The notes under the pieces were generated by a model that worked only from the letters and a program-made list of their open reading frames with translations, did not search any database and had not been told where the DNA came from. The position numbers and the translations under genes are program-made. Shown here in pieces: positions 25,473-32,000 of a DNA stretch of 32,000 bases. Source of the DNA: Geobacter metallireducens GS-15 (GTDB lineage Bacteria > Desulfobacterota > Desulfuromonadia > Geobacterales > Geobacteraceae); NCBI RefSeq assembly GCF_000012925.1, contig NC_007517.1:1470001-1502000 (forward strand), given 5' to 3'. How positions within the stretch are numbered: the first letter of the stretch is position 1; each line of letters begins with the position of its first letter.

Positions 25473-25478
25473 ATTTGT
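25451..25478. repeat. Tandem pair of the 14-bp motif (second site)
   Basis: CAATTTTGAATGTT (25451-25464) plus GAATTTTGAATTTG (25465-25478), overlapping the last codons and stop of the ATPase gene. Confidence 0.7.
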
Positions 25479-25497
25479 CTCACGGGCAGGATCCCAC

Positions 25498-26058
25498 ATG
25501 AAAAGAGTATTCGATTTAGTTCTGTCATTTCTGCTGATGCTGGTTTTTTCTCTTCCGATGCTCGTGACGGCTCTCCTGGTGAAATTGACCTCAAGGGGGC
25601 CGATACTCTACTGGTCAGACCGGGTGGGTAGGAACAACGCCATCTTCAGAATGCCCAAATTCCGCACTATGCGCACTGATACCCCGGCAGTGGCAACCCA
25701 TCTCCTCAGCGACCCTGACCGCTGGCTGACCCCCATCGGTAAATTCCTCCGCAAAACCAGCCTTGACGAATTACCGCAGCTGTATAGCATTCTGAGGGGG
25801 GACATGAGTTTTGTCGGCCCAAGACCTGCATTGTTCAATCAGGACGATCTCGTTGCCCTGCGGACCGAGAAGGGGGTTCATCGGCTTACCCCTGGCCTGA
25901 CCGGCTGGGCACAGATCAATGGCCGCGATGAATTGCCCATACCTGTCAAGGTCGAGTACGACGCATACTATTTGCAGAACCGCTCTCTTTTCTTCGACCT
26001 GAAAATAATGATTTTGACTGCAATCAAGGTGTTACGCCGCGATGGTGTGACCCACTAA
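25498..26058 (+). CDS. Small monotopic phosphoglycosyl transferase (bacterial sugar transferase family; PglC/WbaP C-terminal type)
   Basis: MKRVFDLVLSFLLMLVFSLPMLV re-entrant helix, PKFRTM, and DELPQLYSILRGDMSFVGPRP are the family signature. Start moved to ATG 25498. Confidence 0.88.
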   Translation: MKRVFDLVLSFLLMLVFSLPMLVTALLVKLTSRGPILYWSDRVGRNNAIFRMPKFRTMRTDTPAVATHLLSDPDRWLTPIGKFLRKTSLDELPQLYSILRGDMSFVGPRPALFNQDDLVALRTEKGVHRLTPGLTGWAQINGRDELPIPVKVEYDAYYLQNRSLFFDLKIMILTAIKVLRRDGVTH

Positions 26059-26099
26059 GTTTATACAAATACAAGCAAGTGAAGGGACCGCCGTCAACC

Positions 26100-28040
26100 A
26101 TGCTCAAACCATTCACCTTCATGCTCTCCCAACGTCGCCTGATGGTCTTCGCCCTCGATACGGCGTCCATCGCTGCGTCGTTCCTCCTCGCCTTCCTCCT
26201 CCGCTTCGACTTCACCTTTCCGCCGTTGTACCACGAAATTATCAAGGACGGCCTGCTGGTTGTCCTGCTTGTAAAGCCTCTGGTTTTCCTTTTTTCGGGC
26301 ATGTACCGCAGTATCTGGAAATACGCTTCATTACAGGACGGCATCGAAATTTTCAAGGTAGTAACCCTTTCCACGCTCATCACCTCCTTTGTCCTTTTTT
26401 TCCTGCATGATACCAGTGCCATGCCCCGTTCCATCTATGTGCTCGACTGGGTTCTGCTCTTTGCCATGGTATCGACGTCACGGCTTCTGTGGCGGGTCTA
26501 CCGTGAGACCTACATCATCCCCCGCTACCATACCGGCAAGCGGACGCTGATCGTCGGAGCCGGCGAGGCGGGCAACCTGCTATTGAAGGAAATAAGAAAG
26601 CAGAAAAATCCAGCAAACCAGGTCATCGGATTCCTCGACGACGACCCGGCAAAGCAGGGGATGCGCCTGGGAGGGATTCCGGTTATGGGTGATCTCGGCC
26701 GCCTTCGGGCCGCCATCCGGAAGCACCGGATTGAAGAGGTCATTATCGCCATCGCGACTGCCCAGGGTGCTCTAACGCGCCAGGTTGTCTCCTGCTGCAA
26801 GGAGACCAAGGTCAGGTTCAAGACCCTGCCGGGGATCAAGGATATCATCGATGGCACGGTCTCCATCTCCCAGATCAAGGATGTGGAGATCGAGGACATT
26901 CTCGGCCGTGAGCCGGTGAAGCTGGACCTGGAAACCATCCGGGGATACCTGACCAACAAGCGCGTACTGGTGACCGGCGCGGCGGGGAGCATCGGCAGCG
27001 AAATCTGCCGCCAGGTGGCAGCGTTCTCCCCCTACAAGCTGCTCCTCTTCGAGAGCGCGGAAACCCCCCTCTACCAGATCGAAAAAGAGCTTACGGCCAG
27101 CCACCCTGATCTCCGGATCATTCCGGTCATCGGCGACGTGCGGGACCAGGCCAGGGTCGAGATGGTTTTTGACGAGTTCCAGCCCGAGGTGGTCTTTCAC
27201 GCGGCAGCCTACAAGCATGTGCCGATGATGGAGTATAACCCGGTGGAAGCGGTTACCAACAATATCGGCGGTACTCGAACGCTGGCGAATGCAGCCCATC
27301 GGTTCGGGGTTAAGAATTTCGTCATGATCTCCACCGACAAGGCGGTGAACCCGACCAACATCATGGGGGCTTCGAAGCGGGTTGCGGAGATGTATGTCCA
27401 GGGCCTGGCGAGGAAGAGCCGGACAAATTTTACCACTGTCCGTTTTGGTAACGTGCTGGGGAGCAACGGGAGCGTGATCCCGCTCTTCAAGGAGCAGATC
27501 AAGGCGGGAGGGCCGGTTACGGTCACCGACCCCAAGGTGATCCGCTACTTCATGACCATCCCCGAGGCGTGCCAGCTGGTGCTCCAGGCAGGGTGCATCG
27601 GCAACGGCGGCGAGATCTTCGTACTCGACATGGGGGAGCCGGTCCGCATCCTTGACCTGGCGGAAGAGCTGATCAGGCTTTCGGGGTTTGTTCCCCATGA
27701 GGAGATTGATATCGTTTTCACGGGATTGCGGCCCGGCGAGAAGCTTTTTGAGGAACTGCTCATCGACGGCGAGGGGATCAAGCCGACACGGCACGGGAAG
27801 ATCAAGGTTCTTGCGGCTATGGATTCCGATTTCGATGCCGTTGAAAGGAATCTGGGCGTTCTCTTTGCCATGGCCGGGAACGCCGACATCGCGGGTATCG
27901 TGAAGCAGCTTCGGGTGCTTATCCCGGAATTCTCGCCCCAGTATTCTTTCAACGGTCCGGCCCCCATTGCGTTCCAGCGGGTCCGTCCCGATCTTTTCCC
28001 GCCCCCGTCTTCGAAGGTGGTCAAGTTGCAGAAGTCGTGA
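26100..28040 (+). CDS. Membrane-anchored UDP-GlcNAc 4,6-dehydratase-type protein (CapD/PglF/WbpM family)
   Basis: Four N-terminal hydrophobic helices, then two Rossmann regions (LIVGAGEAGNLL; VLVTGAAGSIGSEICRQV) and FHAAAYKHVPMME. ATG 26100 preferred; GTG 26079 is possible. Confidence 0.88.
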   Translation: MLKPFTFMLSQRRLMVFALDTASIAASFLLAFLLRFDFTFPPLYHEIIKDGLLVVLLVKPLVFLFSGMYRSIWKYASLQDGIEIFKVVTLSTLITSFVLFFLHDTSAMPRSIYVLDWVLLFAMVSTSRLLWRVYRETYIIPRYHTGKRTLIVGAGEAGNLLLKEIRKQKNPANQVIGFLDDDPAKQGMRLGGIPVMGDLGRLRAAIRKHRIEEVIIAIATAQGALTRQVVSCCKETKVRFKTLPGIKDIIDGTVSISQIKDVEIEDILGREPVKLDLETIRGYLTNKRVLVTGAAGSIGSEICRQVAAFSPYKLLLFESAETPLYQIEKELTASHPDLRIIPVIGDVRDQARVEMVFDEFQPEVVFHAAAYKHVPMMEYNPVEAVTNNIGGTRTLANAAHRFGVKNFVMISTDKAVNPTNIMGASKRVAEMYVQGLARKSRTNFTTVRFGNVLGSNGSVIPLFKEQIKAGGPVTVTDPKVIRYFMTIPEACQLVLQAGCIGNGGEIFVLDMGEPVRILDLAEELIRLSGFVPHEEIDIVFTGLRPGEKLFEELLIDGEGIKPTRHGKIKVLAAMDSDFDAVERNLGVLFAMAGNADIAGIVKQLRVLIPEFSPQYSFNGPAPIAFQRVRPDLFPPPSSKVVKLQKS

Positions 28041-28083
28041 AGATAACGCAACCTGGAGGGGGGCAATTCAGGGTACGCGTTGA

Positions 28084-28112
28084 TTGACCATCATTTCAAC
28101 TCCTGCTATCAT
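28084..28112 (+). promoter_or_regulatory. sigma70-like promoter for vapBC
   Basis: TTGACC (28084-28089), 17-nt spacer, TATCAT (28107-28112), 31 nt before the vapB ATG. A small palindrome TTACC-TGA-GGGTAA lies between promoter and start. Sequence match only. Confidence 0.4.
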
Positions 28113-28143
28113 GTCTTACTAAATCTTACCTGAGGGTAACCGT

Positions 28144-28413
28144 ATGGAAACGAGTAAACTGTCCAGCAAGGGACAGATAATTATTCCAAAACAGGTGCGA
28201 GAGGCCCATCATTGGCAGACCGGTATGGAGTTCGTTATAGAGAGCGTAGGCGACGGCATCCTTCTCAGGCCGCGCAAACCGTTTCCTCCTACTCGACTTG
28301 AGGATGGCCTCGGCTGTGCGGGCTACAGTGGGCCTGCCAAGACTCTGGCGGAAATGGAGCAGGGCATCCTCGAAGATCTGAAGCGGAAGTGGCTGAAGGG
28401 AGTGAATCGGTGA
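28144..28413 (+). CDS. vapB: AbrB/MazE/SpoVT-type antitoxin (VapB)
   Basis: 89 aa. The N-terminal SKLSSKGQIIIPKQVRE swapped-hairpin motif is typical of AbrB-fold antitoxins. Its stop overlaps the start of the PIN gene. Confidence 0.8.
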   Translation: METSKLSSKGQIIIPKQVREAHHWQTGMEFVIESVGDGILLRPRKPFPPTRLEDGLGCAGYSGPAKTLAEMEQGILEDLKRKWLKGVNR

Positions 28414-28799
28414 TCGCTGTCGATACGAATATCCTGGTGCGTTACGTAACTAATGACGATCCGCTCCAGGCAAGGCGAGCGCTCGCTATTCTTGCAAGAC
28501 AAGAAGATATCTTCATTCCCAAAACGGTCCTTCTGGAGACGGAGTGGGTGTTGCGTGCTGTCTATGAATTGCCGGTTGAGTCTATCCTGAAAGCGCTTCT
28601 CCATATTCTCGGACTCCCTAACGTTGTCGCGGAAAATCCGGAAGAGGTGTCACTGGCTCTTGATTATTACAGCCGGCGGCTTGACTTCGCTGATGCCCTG
28701 CATCTTGCGTCCAGTTGTCATGCTGATTCTTTTTTCAGCTTTGATGCTGCATTTGTCAAAAGGGGGAAAAAGATTGGTGCCCGGGTGGAGAAGGGGTAG
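28410..28799 (+). CDS. vapC: PIN-domain toxin (VapC)
   Basis: GTG 28410 gives VIAVDTNILVRY... (first acidic PIN residue), then ...ETEWVL... and ...FADALHLA... acidic positions. GTGA overlap with vapB. Confidence 0.82.
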   Translation: MIAVDTNILVRYVTNDDPLQARRALAILARQEDIFIPKTVLLETEWVLRAVYELPVESILKALLHILGLPNVVAENPEEVSLALDYYSRRLDFADALHLASSCHADSFFSFDAAFVKRGKKIGARVEKG

Positions 28800-28800
28800 C

Positions 28801-28832
28801 ATCTGCTTCCCTCTTCGAAGGTGTTCAAGCTG
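28801..28832. repeat. Imperfect duplicate of the capD-family gene 3' end
   Basis: ATCTGCTTCCC-TCTTCGAAGGTGTTCAAGCTG (28801-28832) vs ATCTTTTCCCGCCCCCGTCTTCGAAGGTGGTCAAGTTG (27991-28028). A 12-nt exact core is followed by 7 of 9 further matches. It begins 2 nt after the vapC stop codon. Confidence 0.6.
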
Positions 28833-28837
28833 TTCCG

Positions 28838-29029
28838 GTGCTGCACGTGCGGTGGGTGGACAGTACGTTGCACAATGCCGCCATGGCTATTCTGCTTGCG
28901 GTTGCCCGTCGTAAATCGAGCTTGGTGGACTGTGTGAGTTTCGAGCTCATGCGCATGGAAGGGATTGTGTCGGCCTTTACTTTTGACAGGCATTTCAAGG
29001 AACAGGGGTTCATCTGTGTCCCAGCATGA
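28838..29029 (+). pseudogene. C-terminal fragment of a second PIN-domain (VapC-like) gene
   Basis: LVDCVSFELMRMEGIVSAFTFDRHFKEQGF matches the C-terminal third of VapC toxins (..D..sf.lM...gi..a.tfD.hF...Gf). The N-terminal catalytic part and any antitoxin partner are absent. Confidence 0.6.
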
Positions 29030-29054
29030 TTCATTGTTTTTTCCCGGTACCAGG

Positions 29055-30695
29055 ATGCTTCGCGCAGTTTTGCTTGCGATCCTGGCTCTTCCGATGCTTG
29101 CTTCAAGCGCATCGGCACTTTCTTCCCCCAACATCCCCCTGGACAGCCCCGTCTATTCCTATCTTGAAAAGCTGGCCGGTTTCGGACTGGTGCAATCAGA
29201 CGTGGCGGGGATCAAGCCTTTTTCCCGGGCCGAGGCTGCGCGGCTTCTGCTGGAGGCGGAGTGGGCCCTGGAGGCGGGGGGGGGCTCCGGTGATCCGGCG
29301 TTTGCCCGGTCGATCATGGAGGAGTTGCGCCGGAAGATTCCCCGCGAAGCGGCTCTTTACACGGAACCCGACAAGGCGTCGGCCGTGGATGTGAACCCCC
29401 TGTCGAGCGCCCGGATCAGGTATGTGTACCTGGATGGCAAACCCCGCTCCTACGAGCGGCCGGTCCACGACCCGGGCAACGACGGGGTGTTCGGCATCGG
29501 CTCGGGGCTTCGGCCCGCCAATCCCTATCCTTCTCCCATACAGCAGCACGGCACCGAGGGAACGCCCCTCATGGAGAACAACGAGGGGATCATCTACCGG
29601 GACGGCCACAATGCCGAGCTGCGGTTCAGCGCCGAGGCCCACGTGAAGAGCGTGGCGTCCGCCCTGGTGGAGCCGCAGCTTTCCTATAGCAGGGGAGGGG
29701 ACGGGGCTACGGTGAAGCTCGTCAAGGGGTACCTGAAGCTCGGCGGCGGTGGGCTGGAGCTGGAGGTGGGGCGGGATGCCAACTGGCTGGGGCTCGGGAA
29801 CCGCGGAACGGTGACCCTGACCAACAACGCCGAGAACTTCGACCTGGTGAAGCTATCGAGCCCCGAGCCCATTCAACTGAAGTATATCGGCGCCATCAAG
29901 TATACCTTCATCGGCTCCCGCTTCGATGCCACCGTGACCAACGGCGTGGAGCGCCGTCCCTGGTTTCTCGGCGCGAAACTGTCGGTGAAGCCCGTTGATA
30001 TCTTTGAATTGGGGATCAACCTGGGGAAGGAGTTCGGCGGGCCAGGGGTGAACAACAGCTTCGGTGATTACGTGCGGGGGATTGTCGGCGGCACGAGCGC
30101 GGATAATACCAACAACCTGGCCGGGGTGGAGATGCGATTGAGGCTCCCGTTCCTGCGCAATACCGAGATCTACGGCGAGTTCTCCGGGGAGGATTCGGCC
30201 TCATTCTGGCCCATCGTGGAGAGCTACGTGGCCGGCTTCTTCATCCCCCGTCTCACTGCCGGCGGCAGGGACGACCTCCGCTTCGAGTTCTTCAAGGGGA
30301 ACAACATCCTCTACACCAGCGGCACATTCCCGGAGGGATACCTCTATAAGGGGATGCCTATCGGCCACTCCCAGGGGGGAGCGGTCATCGAGTTCTATCT
30401 CCGCTACAGCCACTGGTTCTCGGCGCGGAACAATCTGGCGCTGGAGTTCTACCGCACCGACCGGGGCCACGAGGGGAGGGTGAAGGTGGACGCCGCAGGC
30501 AACTTTGATCCGAATGGCGTCATGCAGGCCATCGAGAAAAAGCATGCTGGCCGGATTTCCTGGACCCTCCCGGTCCATGGCGATCTGGACATGAACCTTC
30601 TATACGGCATCGAGAAGGTCGAAAATGTTGACCTGCGGTCAGGAAATGACCGCACCAACCAGCTCTTCAAGGCGGAGTTGCGGTATCGGTATTGA
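29055..30695 (+). CDS. wzi: Wzi-like capsule-assembly outer-membrane protein
   Basis: Signal peptide MLRAVLLAILALPMLASSASA. LDSPVYSYLEKLAGFGLV...IKPFSRAEAARLL matches the N-terminal helical motif of the Caps_assemb_Wzi family as I recall it. Alternating beta-strand-like sequence follows, and the protein ends in an aromatic residue (RYRY). Confidence 0.6.
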   Translation: MLRAVLLAILALPMLASSASALSSPNIPLDSPVYSYLEKLAGFGLVQSDVAGIKPFSRAEAARLLLEAEWALEAGGGSGDPAFARSIMEELRRKIPREAALYTEPDKASAVDVNPLSSARIRYVYLDGKPRSYERPVHDPGNDGVFGIGSGLRPANPYPSPIQQHGTEGTPLMENNEGIIYRDGHNAELRFSAEAHVKSVASALVEPQLSYSRGGDGATVKLVKGYLKLGGGGLELEVGRDANWLGLGNRGTVTLTNNAENFDLVKLSSPEPIQLKYIGAIKYTFIGSRFDATVTNGVERRPWFLGAKLSVKPVDIFELGINLGKEFGGPGVNNSFGDYVRGIVGGTSADNTNNLAGVEMRLRLPFLRNTEIYGEFSGEDSASFWPIVESYVAGFFIPRLTAGGRDDLRFEFFKGNNILYTSGTFPEGYLYKGMPIGHSQGGAVIEFYLRYSHWFSARNNLALEFYRTDRGHEGRVKVDAAGNFDPNGVMQAIEKKHAGRISWTLPVHGDLDMNLLYGIEKVENVDLRSGNDRTNQLFKAELRYRY

Positions 30696-30700
30696 GTGAG

Positions 30701-30727
30701 ATAGCGAGGAGCGAGGTAGTGAGGTAG
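30701..30727. repeat. GCGAGGTA-type short tandem repeats forming the left arm of an inverted repeat
   Basis: ATAGCGAGGAGCGAGGTAGTGAGGTAGC. Positions 30710-30723 (AGCGAGGTAGTGAG) are complementary in 13/14 positions to 30960-30973 (CTCGCTACCTCGCT). Confidence 0.6.
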
Positions 30728-30776
30728 CAAAAAGAAAGAAGCAAGTGCTGAGGAGTAAGACGGTGGGAGGACTGGA

Positions 30777-30959
30777 TTGGAGAAGCCGCATAGGAAATTG
30801 TTAGTATGGGAGAAATCCGTAGAACTGGCGGCGACGGTGTATAGGGTTACAGATGGTTTCCCACGACATGAGCAATTTGGCATCTCCAGCCAGATGCGGC
30901 GTTCGGCAGTGAGCGTTCCTTCAAATATAGCTGAGGGTGCGGCAAGAAAAGGAGGTCAT
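30777..30959 (+). pseudogene. Truncated four-helix-bundle protein gene (23S rRNA intervening-sequence protein family), 5' half only
   Basis: TTG start. LLVWEKSVELAATVYRVTDGFPRHEQFGISSQMRRSAVSVPSNIAEGAARKG matches the first two helices of the family. Homology stops near 30955, and the ORF then runs antisense into the convergent gene. Confidence 0.6.
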
Positions 30960-30963
30960 CTCG

Positions 30964-32000
30964 CTACCTCGCTATTCCTAATGCTCCCTCCAACGCCTTT
31001 CGCGCCTTTTCCTCCCCATGCACCAGACGGATGGATCGGGGCGCCACGGGAATTCCGCGCACGAAATTGACCAGATCTCTCTGGTCGGCGTGGGCCGAGT
31101 AGCCGCTGATACTGTGGACCGTGGCCCTGAGGGGATAGCTGCCGCCATCCAGATCGATGCTGGTATGTTCCCCAGTGCCGGTACGCGTTTGCGCTGCCTC
31201 AAGGATTCCTCTCCCCGGCGTCCCGTGGGCCTGGTAACCGACAAAGAGAATGTCGGTGCGTGGGTCACCCATGAGGGCTTTGAGGTAGTTGACGATGCGT
31301 CCTCCGGCGCACATGCCGCCGGCGGCGATGACTACGCAGGGGCGGGCGGTCCCGCGGAGGTAGTCCACGGTGGCCCGGTGGTCGTTGTGGTTTTCGATGA
31401 CCGTCATCTGCTCGAAGGAGAGGGGATGGCGCCCCTGGGAGACGACCTCTGTCGCTTCCTGGTCCCAGAGATGGCGGAGCCGGTCGTAGACCTCGGTGAC
31501 GCGGAGGGCCAGGGGAGAGTCGACAATGATTTCAAGGTCGTCCCAGGGGAGGTTCGTGGCCGCCTCGTCATTCCTGTGTTCGGCGATGAGAGATTCAATC
31601 TCGTAGAGGAGTTCCTGGGTTCTGCCGATGCTGAAGGCAGGGACGAGGAGGGCTCCCCGGTTTTCCAGCGCCCGGATGATGACCTGCCGCAGTTTTTCCC
31701 GCCGCTGTTCCCGCCCTTCATGGAGGCGGTCGCCGTAGGTTGACTCCAGCACCAGGATATCGGCCCGCTCCGGTGGTGCCGGGTCGGGGAGGAGCGGTGT
31801 GAAGGGGGCTCCGAGGTCGCCGGAGAAAACCACGACCGTTTCGTTGTCGTGTCGCGATGCAGTTGTTTCCTGTACCGATGGGCGGGCGACGCTGAGTTCC
31901 GCATAGGCCGAGCCGAGGATGTGCCCCGCCTGCTGAAGGCGGAGCGATACATCCATGCCGTCCCAGGTACCGAGCTTGCGCCACGTGCCGTAGGGGAGGG
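30964..32000 (-). CDS. MBL-fold metallo-hydrolase of the beta-CASP RNA-processing type; N-terminus lies outside the window
   Basis: GHILGSAY, ESTYG, beta-CASP region and C-terminal ISGYSAHADQRDL...VHGE motifs. The frame stays open upstream of the listed Met to nt 32000. Confidence 0.8.
   Translation of the reverse strand, partial: LPYGTWRKLGTWDGMDVSLRLQQAGHILGSAYAELSVARPSVQETTASRHDNETVVVFSGDLGAPFTPLLPDPAPPERADILVLESTYGDRLHEGREQRREKLRQVIIRALENRGALLVPAFSIGRTQELLYEIESLIAEHRNDEAATNLPWDDLEIIVDSPLALRVTEVYDRLRHLWDQEATEVVSQGRHPLSFEQMTVIENHNDHRATVDYLRGTARPCVVIAAGGMCAGGRIVNYLKALMGDPRTDILFVGYQAHGTPGRGILEAAQTRTGTGEHTSIDLDGGSYPLRATVHSISGYSAHADQRDLVNFVRGIPVAPRSIRLVHGEEKARKALEGALGIAR

Noticed and set aside
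26772-27794. 340-aa minus-strand ORF antisense to the CapD-family dehydratase gene. Similar long alternative-frame ORFs occur at 240-896, 623-1183, 3607-4212, 10439-11116, 23191-23653, 29196-29642 and 31018-31743.
   Set aside because: Each lies wholly inside a gene with strong family motifs on the other strand or frame. Their R/P/G/A-rich low-complexity translations are what off-frame reading of GC-rich coding DNA produces. None has a start context or recognisable motif.

Overview
High-GC chromosomal segment; a Geobacter/Desulfuromonadales-like origin is my inference from the protein sequences, not a search result. It opens with the end of a 2-oxoacid:ferredoxin oxidoreductase operon (partial beta subunit, then gamma subunit) and a tRNA-Gln/tRNA-Glu pair. 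From the tRNA-Glu terminator onward, about 29 kb form a Wzx/Wzy-type surface-polysaccharide locus. It contains gmd-fcl (GDP-L-fucose), a WxcM-like acetyltransferase/3,4-ketoisomerase fusion, a DegT-family aminotransferase and a WzxE-like flippase. It also contains about six glycosyltransferases including a GT11 alpha-1,2-fucosyltransferase, an EpsG-type polymerase, an SDR epimerase/reductase, a small phosphoglycosyl transferase, a PglF/WbpM/CapD-type dehydratase and a Wzi-like protein. The transferase/polymerase core (about 12.3-23.2 kb) is far more AT-rich than the flanks. The locus carries much accessory DNA: two different ISL3 elements plus a remnant of a third, one IS4-family element, three MNT and two HepT genes, HicBA, VapBC plus a PIN fragment, a DUF4143-type AAA ATPase and a truncated four-helix-bundle gene. 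The most unusual part is 5.1-10.3 kb. There, every toxin-antitoxin module is followed by a copy or remnant of one small coiled-coil gene family that I cannot name. Insertions are also bracketed by short duplicates of the 3' ends of the conserved glycan genes. Two further short repeat families (9.88-10.28 kb and 23.78-25.48 kb) are not explained by the genes. Everything rests on reading the sequence and ORF track by eye; no database search was possible.
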